DNA of 64,000 nucleotides from Escherichia coli (GTDB lineage Bacteria; Pseudomonadota; Gammaproteobacteria; Enterobacterales; Enterobacteriaceae): NCBI RefSeq assembly GCF_003991155.1, contig NZ_CP031294.1; one strand, 5' to 3'. Shown piece by piece: positions 44,501 to 54,130 of this stretch (position 1 is its first letter; each line of letters starts with the position of its first letter). The notes under the pieces were generated by a model. It saw only the letters and a program-made list of their open reading frames with translations, ran no database searches and was not told where the DNA came from. The position numbers and the translations under genes were made by a program.

Positions 44501-46287
44501 ATAGGTTCGAGGTCTGGTTCTGTAATAGTCCAGACGCCGTTCAAAACAGGCGTTTCAGCCGAAGACAGGGCTTTTGAAAACGTAACTTTTGTTATATTTT
44601 CGCCAGTTTCAAGAACATCGCGTTCAACGATTTTGCCTTCCTGATTCAGTATTCGAATAAAGCAGCCGCCTTTGGCTAACGACACAGGCGCATCGAGTGT
44701 GACGCTGTTTTTGGTAAACGCCACAATTCGACCTGAGTTACGTTTGCCTGCGCGATATTTGTTCTGAATCAGAACGGTTTCACCAGGCATCAGAAATGAC
44801 GCGTCTAAGCCGGCAGTAAATGTAATTACATCCGACTCCATTCTGGCGGTATATAAAAGCCACAAACCAACTCGGTGAGCCTGCCCTCGGCTTGTACAGC
44901 CAAATGCTACGACTTCTGTTTTACGCTCACCATAACGGCGCATTGCGTCCTGATCTTCGACGTACTCGATGTTTTGCTTATAACCGTCCTCCTTGTTGTT
45001 GTAGGTTACGAGCGCAACGGATGGGCGATCTTTACGCGCAGAACCTTTATAGGTAAACAATCCATCTTTGACGTTAGAGTTGGTAAACATCATTACCGGA
45101 TCTGATGGGCTATCCTGCATGATGTTAACCATCCCACCAGCCCAAAACACCATGCCGCGGAATGCTCCGGCAATATCCTGAATTAGCCGGTATGCGTCCT
45201 GTCGACTGGTGATCTGCGTATTGATTGCAAAGCGTTTCTCTTTGCCACCAAAGCCATCATCGACCTCTTCGTCACAATATCGACCAATCTGGTACAACTG
45301 GCCAAGGTCAATCATAGATTCCGACACATACTGACCAAGGCCATATCGAGCATTGGTCAGCAAATCAAAGAGAATCCACGCGGGGTTCGAAGAAGACAAC
45401 AGCTTAAAAGTGCCATCCCATACCCCAGCGTAAGTGTTACTGGACTCGTTATAGTTTGAAGGTACTCGAATTTTTAGGCCACGCACCAGATAAGAGCGAG
45501 ATGGCATGGTGCTGCCGAATTGCTCAGAGTTTACCTTCAATCCAACCAAAACAGAGTTTGGATAGTTCATCGGTGTATCGACAATTTCCCCGATTGAATC
45601 CACCCATGTATCGTTATAGAGATACTGGCTACTGTTATCATCGGTAATACGGACCACACGAACCTTGTATGCTCGTCCAGGCTTAGGCAGCTTCAGCTCA
45701 TAGCTACGGTAATAAACGCCGGTCTTCTTTGCTGTTAGCTTAATGCCAACGCTTTTTTCACCTTCAGCGACCACATCTACAAATGTTGAGTCGCCATTTG
45801 CTATCTGGAACTTGTACTCAACAGTCGTACCGTTCGTGTCACCAGTTTTTTTATCTATGCTTCGCAAAGAAGGAAACTTCATGATGACACGAACCCGATC
45901 AGCTTCATCGTTATCGATTGAAACCGTTACATAATGTGTTTTTTTTAACTGGATATTGACGGATTTAGGCGTTTCAACGAAATCAAAGCCAGACATTGGA
46001 GTCTGGTCTTGTGAACCGTCGCGAAAATCCCATGTGATTCCGCTGAAGTTGGAGGAACCGTCTTCATTTACAATCGGCAGATCGTCGATAAAAATAGATC
46101 TTGCGCCATTTACTAAGCCGCCAATTACCCCTTCCCCAAGAAGATCGAGGATAGCGGCCATTGCACGAGAATTTACGGTATCGTCGGCTTCAACCGGTGT
46201 ACGGCTGGAGCTTTTGCTGCTTTTTTTACCACCCGCACCGGCAATAAACAGCGGTAGCTTTTTCTTCTTGAACTGTTCCATGTTCAA
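41554..46287 (-). CDS. central tail fibre / host specificity protein (lambda J-like) with a long coiled-coil C-terminal extension
   Basis: 1577 aa. J-like N-terminal two-thirds including an FN3-like segment. About ten 33-aa repeats (DISAAI..EQEARASAD.AL..QI.QLQSKV). Follows gpI. Confidence 0.9.
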   Translation of the reverse strand: MNMEQFKKKKLPLFIAGAGGKKSSKSSSRTPVEADDTVNSRAMAAILDLLGEGVIGGLVNGARSIFIDDLPIVNEDGSSNFSGITWDFRDGSQDQTPMSGFDFVETPKSVNIQLKKTHYVTVSIDNDEADRVRVIMKFPSLRSIDKKTGDTNGTTVEYKFQIANGDSTFVDVVAEGEKSVGIKLTAKKTGVYYRSYELKLPKPGRAYKVRVVRITDDNSSQYLYNDTWVDSIGEIVDTPMNYPNSVLVGLKVNSEQFGSTMPSRSYLVRGLKIRVPSNYNESSNTYAGVWDGTFKLLSSSNPAWILFDLLTNARYGLGQYVSESMIDLGQLYQIGRYCDEEVDDGFGGKEKRFAINTQITSRQDAYRLIQDIAGAFRGMVFWAGGMVNIMQDSPSDPVMMFTNSNVKDGLFTYKGSARKDRPSVALVTYNNKEDGYKQNIEYVEDQDAMRRYGERKTEVVAFGCTSRGQAHRVGLWLLYTARMESDVITFTAGLDASFLMPGETVLIQNKYRAGKRNSGRIVAFTKNSVTLDAPVSLAKGGCFIRILNQEGKIVERDVLETGENITKVTFSKALSSAETPVLNGVWTITEPDLEPMRVRIVNIAQGETPGSFDITAVENNPSKYEAIDNGATLIPQNTTVLDPTYSKPSNLQITEGTYLSSPGNLSVKLTATWEGKSPEYWISWRRSDENNVSNWQSARVTEEQYEIVNVAENGRYDFQLYAVSFNGKKTEIISTVYQVLGTMTPPDAPTSLTAVGDYRNVILNWVNPDSVDLDHINVYASQTNNLDTAKLIAESASTTFTHAGLGDSETWYYWVRASNKRGMLSPPNSNLGTEATTRDVLSFLTGKITSSELGQALLEDINSKASQEAVDELNEHINQSVESLEGAVNDVKEDIAELDKQFSDNLADFEIKFNERSDALENAQTELKGEVSATIDKVNEAFEKIDATDAAIVEIENTVSEHDKALANTVEAIKAARDEAAALIAKESEARVEGDAANAKQLEVLQSTVEESSAAVEEMKKTVAEVDRASAELTTNIEALAKTNIDLALRQDEDQHKQMVNNAKIATTQKTFADDMSAMATKVEEIRVEIGEDIKASILEESTARADGDEALAKRVTQLQSKFEGDISAAISTEQEARTSADEALTTQITQLESKVSNDIVAAIKEEQEARATEDSALASQITQLQAKVDDDISAAIRSEQEARASGDSALAKQINQLQSKVDGDISAAITQEQEARASADQALSREINSLRAQTGTDIAAAVAVETKARTDADSALSTQITSLTAKANDLEASLARETTARADGDTALTKEVSSLKAQTAKDISAAVAVETQARTDADSALSSQITKLTSQYKEDIKAAVATETKTRTEQDAALATQITNLESQTAANISAAVTTETTARTQADNALSGRIDTLKAEVDGNTATIQQQATAIADTNKKVSTAWTLKMETSTSGGQKYVAGIALGIDTTGLSQFLVQADRFGLVNSVNGKITTPFVIENSIAYMNGAYIKDGTITNAKVGDLQSTNFVSGRSGWRFGKNGTLEINGNSGGNGRLVINGQRIDVYDDNNVLRVRIGRL

Positions 46288-46298
46288 AAAATCCTTGT

Positions 46299-46892
46299 TT
46301 ACATTAGCTGGTCAATCGTGATTGAAGAACTCACAACCTGTGAGCCAACCAGAATTTCCTCGCCATAGATAAGTTGTACTGGGTTGCCCTGGTTTTCTGT
46401 ATTTTGAGGGCCGTCGAAATAATAAGAGTTCGAGTTATCTGCCTGTCTCACACTTTCGTTAGTGGCTTGCGGCGATATGATTTGTGATATGCCGCCCATC
46501 ATCAGTGACAAACCGAGAGGTGCTAAAGCAGGCATCACTACCGCCGATACAACCAACAAAGCGGCCCCTACTACCGTCTGAAACCACCCAAAAGCAGATC
46601 CACCGCTTCCTCGCGGAACAGGTGTAATGCGGATTTTGGCAATGTTGTCAGACTGCCCCATCATCTGATATTCACTTTCGTCAACAGACCACTTGTGGCC
46701 CTGTTTATTGGTGATCTGGATGTGGTAACGGTCATAGGTTTTGATATTGCGCTTCATCCATGCTTTAAACCCAGGCTTGTTGGCCTCAATTAAATCCAGA
46801 GCCTGTTTTGTATTGCGCACCTTTAGATGCCAGTGGCGGCCAAAATGTTTGGCCATAGGGCCGCCAAGCTGCACATGAACTAACTCAGACAC
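46299..46892 (-). CDS. tail assembly protein (lambda I-like)
   Basis: Position between K and J. C-terminal hydrophobic and Gly-rich segment. About 197 aa. Confidence 0.75.
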   Translation of the reverse strand: MSELVHVQLGGPMAKHFGRHWHLKVRNTKQALDLIEANKPGFKAWMKRNIKTYDRYHIQITNKQGHKWSVDESEYQMMGQSDNIAKIRITPVPRGSGGSAFGWFQTVVGAALLVVSAVVMPALAPLGLSLMMGGISQIISPQATNESVRQADNSNSYYFDGPQNTENQGNPVQLIYGEEILVGSQVVSSSITIDQLM

Positions 46893-47704
46893 GTCTCATC
46901 TCCCTTGAGCAAGTCTCTGTGACGCAAGTGATGCGTCGTATGTTTCTGATACATTCCGCCGTAATAAGCACGACAACTAAGACGGTCGATCTGGTGATGA
47001 AGAATCATTCCATCGCCGATATAAACCGCGCAGTGATCTGGCATTTTCCCGTATTGAATAAAGAAGACGTCCCCACGTTGAGGCTCTGTTCCAGGTGCAA
47101 GCCGTACCAATCCCTCGTTTCGGTAGTTCTGGTCGAGAATGTCGTTATCGCCGGTGTACCACGATGGAATATGCAGGTGTGCGTTCGGGTTAAGCTCGAC
47201 GTTAAACTCACGCTTCAAATAGTCCCGACACAACATCCAGCAATCGAATACGCCAAATACATACGGTCTACCCAGGTATGGCATTTCGAAACCATCAGGT
47301 GTGATCACATTCATCTCGCTAAAATGGAAAGGGGCATCTCCCTCAACATTCTTGCGAATAGCCAGAATCATCCACGGAACTTCCGTCGCTTCACAGCCTG
47401 CACGATCGGCATCAGATGCTTCTGCTGATTCATCAGTATGTGAATGCCAGATTGCGATTACGTCACCTGCATCCTCTGCCGCCATAATGTCGTCAACGTG
47501 CATTACAAAAGTGTTCTGCGGGTTCTCCGAAACATTTCGCGCTTCCATAAAGCGATATTTGTCGCCATTAGTTCTCACCAGAAAGCCACACGCTTCATTA
47601 GGGTAGCGATTTATGGCGCAGAGATAGATTTGCTGCATAACATCAGAGCCAAGCTCAGGGATTGCTTTATTACCCATATCGCGTAGCTCCAATAAACCCG
47701 CCAA
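46880..47704 (-). CDS. tail tip assembly protein (lambda K-like: JAB/MPN plus NlpC/P60)
   Basis: JAMM motif H-S-H-x7-S-x2-D (HSHTDESAEASDAD). NlpC/P60 Cys in FDCWMLCRDY. Confidence 0.85.
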   Translation of the reverse strand: MAGLLELRDMGNKAIPELGSDVMQQIYLCAINRYPNEACGFLVRTNGDKYRFMEARNVSENPQNTFVMHVDDIMAAEDAGDVIAIWHSHTDESAEASDADRAGCEATEVPWMILAIRKNVEGDAPFHFSEMNVITPDGFEMPYLGRPYVFGVFDCWMLCRDYLKREFNVELNPNAHLHIPSWYTGDNDILDQNYRNEGLVRLAPGTEPQRGDVFFIQYGKMPDHCAVYIGDGMILHHQIDRLSCRAYYGGMYQKHTTHHLRHRDLLKGDETCLS

Positions 47705-48368
47705 AATGGATCACTCCGTTGGCAAAATAATTCCGACGCGCATTACAGGCGTCATAACGTTTTGTGCAGTAATCAGCACCAGACATAGACGTCTGCTGGT
47801 TATTTTTGTCGAAATATGGACCGGTATAGCCGCATTCTGGCCCTCGGTATTTCCACGGGCAGGTGTTTTTAATGATCTGACGATACGGCAGTTGCACCCC
47901 CATCAAATCGAACACACTGGACAATTCAAACTCGACAACCTGATGAGTTTCGAGAGTTTTCTGTTCGATAAACCACATTTCATCCGGGAAATGTTGGTTT
48001 GGATCTGCTGTTGGGTTGCCGTCTTTAAAATTAACGGCATCGAGGAAGCGAGCCAGCGTCATCTTGCGAATAATGCGGCAGCCAACAAGATCGTCGTTCG
48101 CCTGAACTTCCGCAGAGACGGTTCCGGCAAAGTTCGATACCTGAATTTTTGGACGTGGCAACGTTCCCTGGCCAGTTTTGTCAAAGCCTGATGCTTTGAT
48201 TGGCCACGGCTCGTATGTCACTCCTTGCCAGACGACCGGTTGCATCAGTTCGTTTGTTCCGGCGTGGAAGAATAACTTCCCCCCTGAAGTTGTGTTCGAC
48301 ATATCCAGTACGAACAACTCAATGAGTGCAGAGGGAGATAAGCTCTGAATATCAGCTTTAATTCCCAT
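47670..48368 (-). CDS. minor tail protein (lambda L-like)
   Basis: WQG..Y.PWPI..SGF, ARFLDAVNF and TC.W.YRG.ECGY.GP resemble lambda gpL. Start placed at MGIKAD (SD AAGGA), giving 232 aa. Confidence 0.85.
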   Translation of the reverse strand: MGIKADIQSLSPSALIELFVLDMSNTTSGGKLFFHAGTNELMQPVVWQGVTYEPWPIKASGFDKTGQGTLPRPKIQVSNFAGTVSAEVQANDDLVGCRIIRKMTLARFLDAVNFKDGNPTADPNQHFPDEMWFIEQKTLETHQVVEFELSSVFDLMGVQLPYRQIIKNTCPWKYRGPECGYTGPYFDKNNQQTSMSGADYCTKRYDACNARRNYFANGVIHFGGFIGATRYG

Positions 48369-48450
48369 TGTTTCATCCTTGAAATAAGTAGGCGCTAACA
48401 TCCTGTCAGCGCCACAATGATAGTAAATTAGTACTTACTTATCCAGATAC

Positions 48451-48786
48451 TTAAGCCTCAAATACTTGTCTGAATGTAGCAGTTAAGACACAGTACCCCT
48501 GATATCGCTTGACCGTATGACTGTCACATACAACTACAATCCGTTTTCCTCTTGGATTAACCCAATAGAACGACTCAACGCCTGCTCGCTCAGTCAGGAA
48601 GTCATCGATTGCATTAATTTCGTTGTATGATCTGGTAAAGGTTAACGACCATTCTTCTTTAATACGATTAAGACCTTGAGCCTGTCGCTGCTCGTAGTCA
48701 TCACCAAAATTAAGTACCGTTACATTCGGTTTTACGCTTTTTTCAGATTCGTAATCTGGATACCAATTAAACGTTTGTCTTTCCAT
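48451..48786 (-). CDS. minor tail protein (lambda M-like)
   Basis: 111 aa, lying between the tape measure and gpL as in lambda. Confidence 0.75.
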   Translation of the reverse strand: MERQTFNWYPDYESEKSVKPNVTVLNFGDDYEQRQAQGLNRIKEEWSLTFTRSYNEINAIDDFLTERAGVESFYWVNPRGKRIVVVCDSHTVKRYQGYCVLTATFRQVFEA

Positions 48787-48828
48787 CTCACATCCTTGTG
48801 AGACTGCCCCGGTCGGGGCAGTCGATAG

Positions 48829-51800
48829 TTAGTTACGTTGAGTGTTTGGGTTGAGTGATCCGCCAGGGCGTTTCTCTTGAGCGATAGTCTCAAGCGCGAT
48901 TGCTTTCATCCGTTGAGCGGCATTGTTCCATATGCTTTCTGTATCGCCGGATTCAGTTGTGCTACCGTCACTATGGACGTTGATCTCAATTGATACAGGA
49001 GAAAGAACATTTCCTCCTCCACTCATACCATCGGTACTGAGCGTTACAGGGATTGTTCGACCATCAGGCAATGGAACATACGCCTCATTCATATCGCCTT
49101 CCCCAAACAACGCCAATTGAGGTGAGTTGGCGATACCGCCTTTCTGGTATGCCCGGAGCGGGATCACGCCGTCTTTTCCGAATATGCCACCATTTGCAAA
49201 CTTCGGAATTGCAGGAATACCATTCGTGCCATCGGCAGCAGAACTGGTCAGATTGTTGAACCCGGAAGTTGAGCCAGAAGAACCGGACATCAATCCATCG
49301 AATCCACCACCAGCCCATACTGAAACCAAACCAGATGCAACTGTCGCGCCGAAATTCAACCACTTATTACCAGAGCCGGAAGCATTAGCTCCAAGCATTG
49401 CAAACGCGGCAGACAGAGCGCCGGTAACAGAGCTGAGGTTCTGCATCGAGAAGATGGAGTCCTTCACTGCTTTTGTCTCAGCATCTTTGGCTTCGGTGCT
49501 ATTAAATAGCCCTGATACCCAGCTACCAATCGCATTTGTTGCTGTGCCAATTGCGCTGGTGGTCTGCTGTGTCGTTTGCCCCAATCCAGTTACCGAACTG
49601 GACGTCTCCTTCGTGGCTTCTCCTACCGACTTGTCGCCATTAACAGTGTTGCTTATGCGCACACCTTGATTGGCAACTGCGGAAGCAACCCCGGTGAGCA
49701 AATTACCACTCTGTGAACTACCAGCTGCGGTGGTTCCCATCCCCAACATGTTCATTAGAGGCAGCGTGATCTGCGACTTCACGACCATATTGGTGATATC
49801 TTTCAAAATGGACTGAGATAGGCTGGAGAAGCTCATCTTCCCGTTAATAACGAAATCAGTCAGGACATCAGTTAAGCCACTAAACAAATCAGTCCAGGTG
49901 CTTTCGATCTGCTCTGCCAGATTTTCGTATTCCAGTGCCAACTTCTGCGTCGCAGTCCCCGTCTCTTTAATAAGCGCGGTATTGCCAGCAGCAATCAGTT
50001 GATTGATTTTCTTTGTATAAAGCGCCACAACTTTAGGATCAGACGCCTTATCACGAAGTTCTATCAACGCTTTGAGATTGCGGTTGTAGGTGTCTTCGAA
50101 ATCAGCAACTTTCTCTTCGCGAGACGGCGTATAGCCAGCACTAATAATGGAATCCGCCTCCGGTGCCCAAGTGGAGATCATCTGCTCAACATTGCGGCGA
50201 TTAAACATCTCACGATATTCAGGTGTCGCATTTTTGAGGTCTTCAAGACGTTTTTTCGCCTTGTCGATCATCTCTTGAGTGATGAACTCGTTAGGAACCG
50301 CATTAGCCAAATCTGTCAGCGATTTCGTTGTATCGCGAAGAGACTGATCAAACGATACCGTAGCCTTAGAGCTTTCACCCATTTGCCCCATAAGCTGATC
50401 GGCTTTGTCCAGAGCCTTCTGGTATCCGGCTGCCAGTTTCTGTTGCGCTGCCTGTTCCTTCTTGGCCGCACGCTGCGAGGCGTTAGCTGATCGTTGGGCT
50501 GCTTTCTCGGCAGCTGCTGCATCCTGTTCACGAGCTTTAGTAAGTGCGGCAATGGCTGCGGCACGCTCTTCATCGCTCATTTTCTCCAGAGAGCTGGCAC
50601 TGGATGCTTTCTGCAAATTAAGCTGCGTCTTGAGTTGTTTAGGCCCAATAATCGGCTTACCTTCGAAGTCCATCATCGGAGTGCCGTCAGGCAAAGTACG
50701 CTGATAAGTCGCAGAATCCATCTGGTTTCGCATATATTGCGCCAACGCCTTCTGAGCAGCTTTATCAGTTGTACCTAACCCAAGAACAGTCCCCTGGTTT
50801 GACATTACGCCCTTACCAGTTTTGGCCGCGTTATCTCTCTCGAACTCTGCCTGAGTAAGTTCCTGAGCAACGGCTTCCAAATGCTCCTGATAACCACGAA
50901 TACTGCCTTGCAGTTTCTGGATTTGCTCGGTATTGCCATCCTTTTTGGCTTTTTCAAGCTGATCATTAAGAGTCGCGATTTGCTTCTCGGTCGCATTCTT
51001 ACGAGAAGAAAGTGAATCAACCAGTTTTTGCGCAGGCTCCAGATAGCTTTTGTTTACCGTTTCACGTAACGGTGCCAATAGCTTGTTCTTTTCGTCATCT
51101 GAAAGTGAACCGTCATCATTGATTTTCTGGATCTTATCCAGAGCCTCCTGCCGGGCTTTCACGAATGTTGCCGCGAAAATCTGGTTTTCCGCTCGAATTT
51201 TCTCAATCTGAGATTCGGCAGCCTCTTTAGCCAAACGCTTTGCTACAGCGCCGTCACCAAGAGCTATCGTGCCGGTTATCTTTTGATACTCTTCCTGATT
51301 TTTTTTCAGGCGTGCTTCGATGTCAGCCTTCGACTCTTTGTGAGTAATAACACCGGCAGAGTTAGATACGTAATTAACACCCTCACCAGTTTTTAATGCT
51401 CGTTGATCAGCAAGAATCTGCTTTTCGAGCTTTTCTGCGCGGTCGGCCATTTGTGCACGTTTGGCCGCCGTCATCGCCTCTGGTATTTTCCTAATCTCGT
51501 CAACGACCTTTGAAGTTTCGCTGCGGAGCATGGTCATGTACGTGATTAGGCCAGCAACAGCTACAGTGGCAACTGTAAATGCTGCCCCTATAGGGTTTGC
51601 TGCAATGAACGCCGTTAATCCAGCAAAAGCGCCTTTAAGCCCCGTAATCGCCCCACGGATGGCGAAAATAAGAGAGGGGATCGGAGCCAGCCCCATACGT
51701 GCCGCACGATTGAATCGGGTTACTGCTGTAGCGCCGAGGTTAAATGGAGTCTGTATGGCGGTCGCCATCGTGGCAAAGGTGCTAACCATCTGGCTGCCTG

Positions 51801-53421
51801 CGCCAACTACCCCCATGATCCCTGCTCGCATCAGTTTGAACGCAACCATCGCGGCCACGACCTTACCGAGATTAATTACCAGCTCTTGGTTCTTTGCTAA
51901 CCATTGAGCAAGCTGACGCAACCCATCGATTGCCGTCGTTAACCCCGAGCCTAAAGAATTGGCAAACGAAATCCCTTCGGCGCTATTCATGATTGAAGCC
52001 AGTTCTTTCATCCCCTTCGATAGAGAATCCAGATATCCGGCCTGACCAACCCGATCAGCAAATAACGTGAATGACGTCTGAAGTTGCGCCAGCGCACCTG
52101 TGTAGGTTTGCATCATGTCTTTCGCTGCGTTCTCATTCTCCGCACGCAGACCAACAAACATCAGAGACAACGCCTGTTTTGCCTCAACCGTACCGCTGGC
52201 AACGGCTTTAGTCAGTTCCCCCATAGTGATGCCTGCGGCGTCTGCCATTGCCTGCATCGCGTTAGGAACGGCTTCACCTAATTGCTGACGTAGCTCTTCC
52301 ATTGACACAACGCCCTTACCGGACATCTGCTGAACGGCCACAGCCGCACGTTTCAACAGCTCACTATCACCACCAAAACGAGCAACGGAGTCCACCAGCG
52401 CCTTCAGAGAACCATCGGTTGGATCTAAGCCAGCAGAACGAAACTTCACGAAGGAATCTGTTAACGCCTGCATCGCGAACGGCGCATTTTGCGCCATGTC
52501 TACGATGTACTTCATATCATCAGCGGCAGCCTGGCCCGGGTTGGACTTCTCCTTATTCAACCCTCGAAGCATCACCCGCATACGTTCCATTTCGGCCGCA
52601 GCTTCAACAATAGGCTTCTGCCACCCAAACATGATGTCAGTAACCGTTCTGGCTGCATCTCCGATCTCGCCAAGCAGGAAAATGTTGCCACGAAGGCCAG
52701 AGAACATACCTCCTTCGTTACTTTTACCGCTATGGCCAGAAGCGCCGCTACGCCGCCCGCTACCACCATCGCCACTTCCAGATGTACGAACGCGTACCGG
52801 CTTGCTAATCAGTTGCTGACGTCCGATAACTTCGTCCATCTGCTCACGAACCTTTTTCAGTCCCTCGGCAGCCTGACTCGTTGTGACACCCCAATTACTG
52901 AGTCGCTTCGTCGTGGTATTAAGGCGCGTATTCATGCCACTCACGGACGCAGAGGCTTCTTTGGCCTCCGTACCAAAGCGGCTTGCGCTTTTGCTTGCAT
53001 AGGTCGCCCAATCAGAGAAATCATTTAGCTCTGATTGCACTTTACGTAATGACGCGGTGAGTTTATCTACTGAAGAAGTTGTCGTATCGACGCGCTCAAT
53101 CAGGGCTTTAAGACCAGAATTGAGGCTGGTGATGTTGCCACGCATTTTACGCGTAGCATCTGAAGCAAGCTCAAAACCGGCAGCTACATCCTGTAGTTTA
53201 TCTGCCGTAGAATCGAGCTTGCTTTCCAGAACGCCAATGATACGGGCGACCGAACCCAAAGAGCGTTCAAAGGTTTGGATTTTTTGAGCAGGCTTTGTTA
53301 CCTGCTCACCAAATCGAGTAAGCAGTTTCCCCGCACGATCGATTGACGCTGTAAACTGTTTGTCTTCCAGCGACAGGATAAACTCTACGTTTTGTGACAT
53401 TCCCTTGTCATCCTCTGCCAA
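48829..53421 (-). CDS. tail tape measure protein
   Basis: 1530 aa. Long helical and coiled-coil stretches, hydrophobic central block, Gly-rich C-terminus. Follows the G/T chaperones. Confidence 0.9.
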   Translation of the reverse strand: MAEDDKGMSQNVEFILSLEDKQFTASIDRAGKLLTRFGEQVTKPAQKIQTFERSLGSVARIIGVLESKLDSTADKLQDVAAGFELASDATRKMRGNITSLNSGLKALIERVDTTTSSVDKLTASLRKVQSELNDFSDWATYASKSASRFGTEAKEASASVSGMNTRLNTTTKRLSNWGVTTSQAAEGLKKVREQMDEVIGRQQLISKPVRVRTSGSGDGGSGRRSGASGHSGKSNEGGMFSGLRGNIFLLGEIGDAARTVTDIMFGWQKPIVEAAAEMERMRVMLRGLNKEKSNPGQAAADDMKYIVDMAQNAPFAMQALTDSFVKFRSAGLDPTDGSLKALVDSVARFGGDSELLKRAAVAVQQMSGKGVVSMEELRQQLGEAVPNAMQAMADAAGITMGELTKAVASGTVEAKQALSLMFVGLRAENENAAKDMMQTYTGALAQLQTSFTLFADRVGQAGYLDSLSKGMKELASIMNSAEGISFANSLGSGLTTAIDGLRQLAQWLAKNQELVINLGKVVAAMVAFKLMRAGIMGVVGAGSQMVSTFATMATAIQTPFNLGATAVTRFNRAARMGLAPIPSLIFAIRGAITGLKGAFAGLTAFIAANPIGAAFTVATVAVAGLITYMTMLRSETSKVVDEIRKIPEAMTAAKRAQMADRAEKLEKQILADQRALKTGEGVNYVSNSAGVITHKESKADIEARLKKNQEEYQKITGTIALGDGAVAKRLAKEAAESQIEKIRAENQIFAATFVKARQEALDKIQKINDDGSLSDDEKNKLLAPLRETVNKSYLEPAQKLVDSLSSRKNATEKQIATLNDQLEKAKKDGNTEQIQKLQGSIRGYQEHLEAVAQELTQAEFERDNAAKTGKGVMSNQGTVLGLGTTDKAAQKALAQYMRNQMDSATYQRTLPDGTPMMDFEGKPIIGPKQLKTQLNLQKASSASSLEKMSDEERAAAIAALTKAREQDAAAAEKAAQRSANASQRAAKKEQAAQQKLAAGYQKALDKADQLMGQMGESSKATVSFDQSLRDTTKSLTDLANAVPNEFITQEMIDKAKKRLEDLKNATPEYREMFNRRNVEQMISTWAPEADSIISAGYTPSREEKVADFEDTYNRNLKALIELRDKASDPKVVALYTKKINQLIAAGNTALIKETGTATQKLALEYENLAEQIESTWTDLFSGLTDVLTDFVINGKMSFSSLSQSILKDITNMVVKSQITLPLMNMLGMGTTAAGSSQSGNLLTGVASAVANQGVRISNTVNGDKSVGEATKETSSSVTGLGQTTQQTTSAIGTATNAIGSWVSGLFNSTEAKDAETKAVKDSIFSMQNLSSVTGALSAAFAMLGANASGSGNKWLNFGATVASGLVSVWAGGGFDGLMSGSSGSTSGFNNLTSSAADGTNGIPAIPKFANGGIFGKDGVIPLRAYQKGGIANSPQLALFGEGDMNEAYVPLPDGRTIPVTLSTDGMSGGGNVLSPVSIEINVHSDGSTTESGDTESIWNNAAQRMKAIALETIAQEKRPGGSLNPNTQRN

Positions 53422-53763
53422 ATATTTGCATCAGTTGCTCTTTGGCGTCAGGGTCTGCCTTATCCTGGCTTGGATCGTAGACTTTATCTGTTACGACTGG
53501 TCTTCCAATCCTGAGTTGCAAACCCTCCATGAACGCCTTCACAGCCTCGCCATCCGCCTGGGACGCACGAGCGACTTGTAAGTTGCGGACATCCTCTTCC
53601 GCACGCAGACGGTCTATATTGCGACTGAGCATCCAGAACATCGTGAGAGGAACGTTCAGTAGCTCTAATGGCGACACGGCGTAGTGAGCAACTACACGAC
53701 TGAAATAGAATCCGAGATCTATTGAGACGGTCCTTGTCCCGGATTCATCGCGGGAAATTACTT
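53408..53763 (-). CDS. gpT-like frameshift extension of the tail assembly chaperone
   Basis: The -1 frame stays open across the gpG-like stop. Putative slip at A-AAG-TAA (53764-53758). Overlaps the tape-measure start by 14 nt. Confidence 0.45.
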
Positions 53764-54075
53764 TGCCCCTTCGCCAGCCGCTTTTTCGTTTTCTTCATCA
53801 ATCACTTCCATAGCGAAGGTGAAGATCTGCTGGAGTTGCGGAACAGTCAGTTTTTCAAGAACTTCGTCAGGTACTGAAGGGATAACCTTACGAACCAGAT
53901 CTGCATAAGCTGTCACTTGCTCAACAGGAGACATGTTCATGAGATCTTTGCCTTCCATCTGCTTGATGGAAACGAACAGACCTACCGTCATTTCAACGAT
54001 GGGATATTCCTGACCGCCAAATTTGATGCTTTTCTTCGGAGGCAGAATGGAATCGAGATCGAGTAATTTGGTCAT
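53758..54075 (-). CDS. tail assembly chaperone (gpG-like)
   Basis: 105 aa and acidic. Lies between the major tail and tape measure genes. Confidence 0.6.
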   Translation of the reverse strand: MTKLLDLDSILPPKKSIKFGGQEYPIVEMTVGLFVSIKQMEGKDLMNMSPVEQVTAYADLVRKVIPSVPDEVLEKLTVPQLQQIFTFAMEVIDEENEKAAGEGAK

Positions 54076-54087
54076 TGGTTAAAATCC

Positions 54088-54117
54088 TTTTAAAAGAGAG
54101 GCCCATCCTGAGCCTCT
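54088..54117 (-). terminator. weak stem-loop terminator or attenuator after the major tail gene
   Basis: Minus strand: AGAGGCtcaggatggGCCTCT followed by CTTTTAAAA. Confidence 0.4.
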
Positions 54118-54130
54118 GCTTAATTACTGA

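Noticed and set aside
48802-48823. Strong hairpin GACTGCCCCGgtcGGGGCAGTC between the tape measure and gpM genes as a terminator
   Set aside because: No U-run follows on the coding (minus) strand, and it lies inside a late operon that must read through. It may be an RNA stability or translational coupling element, but I cannot support a specific call.
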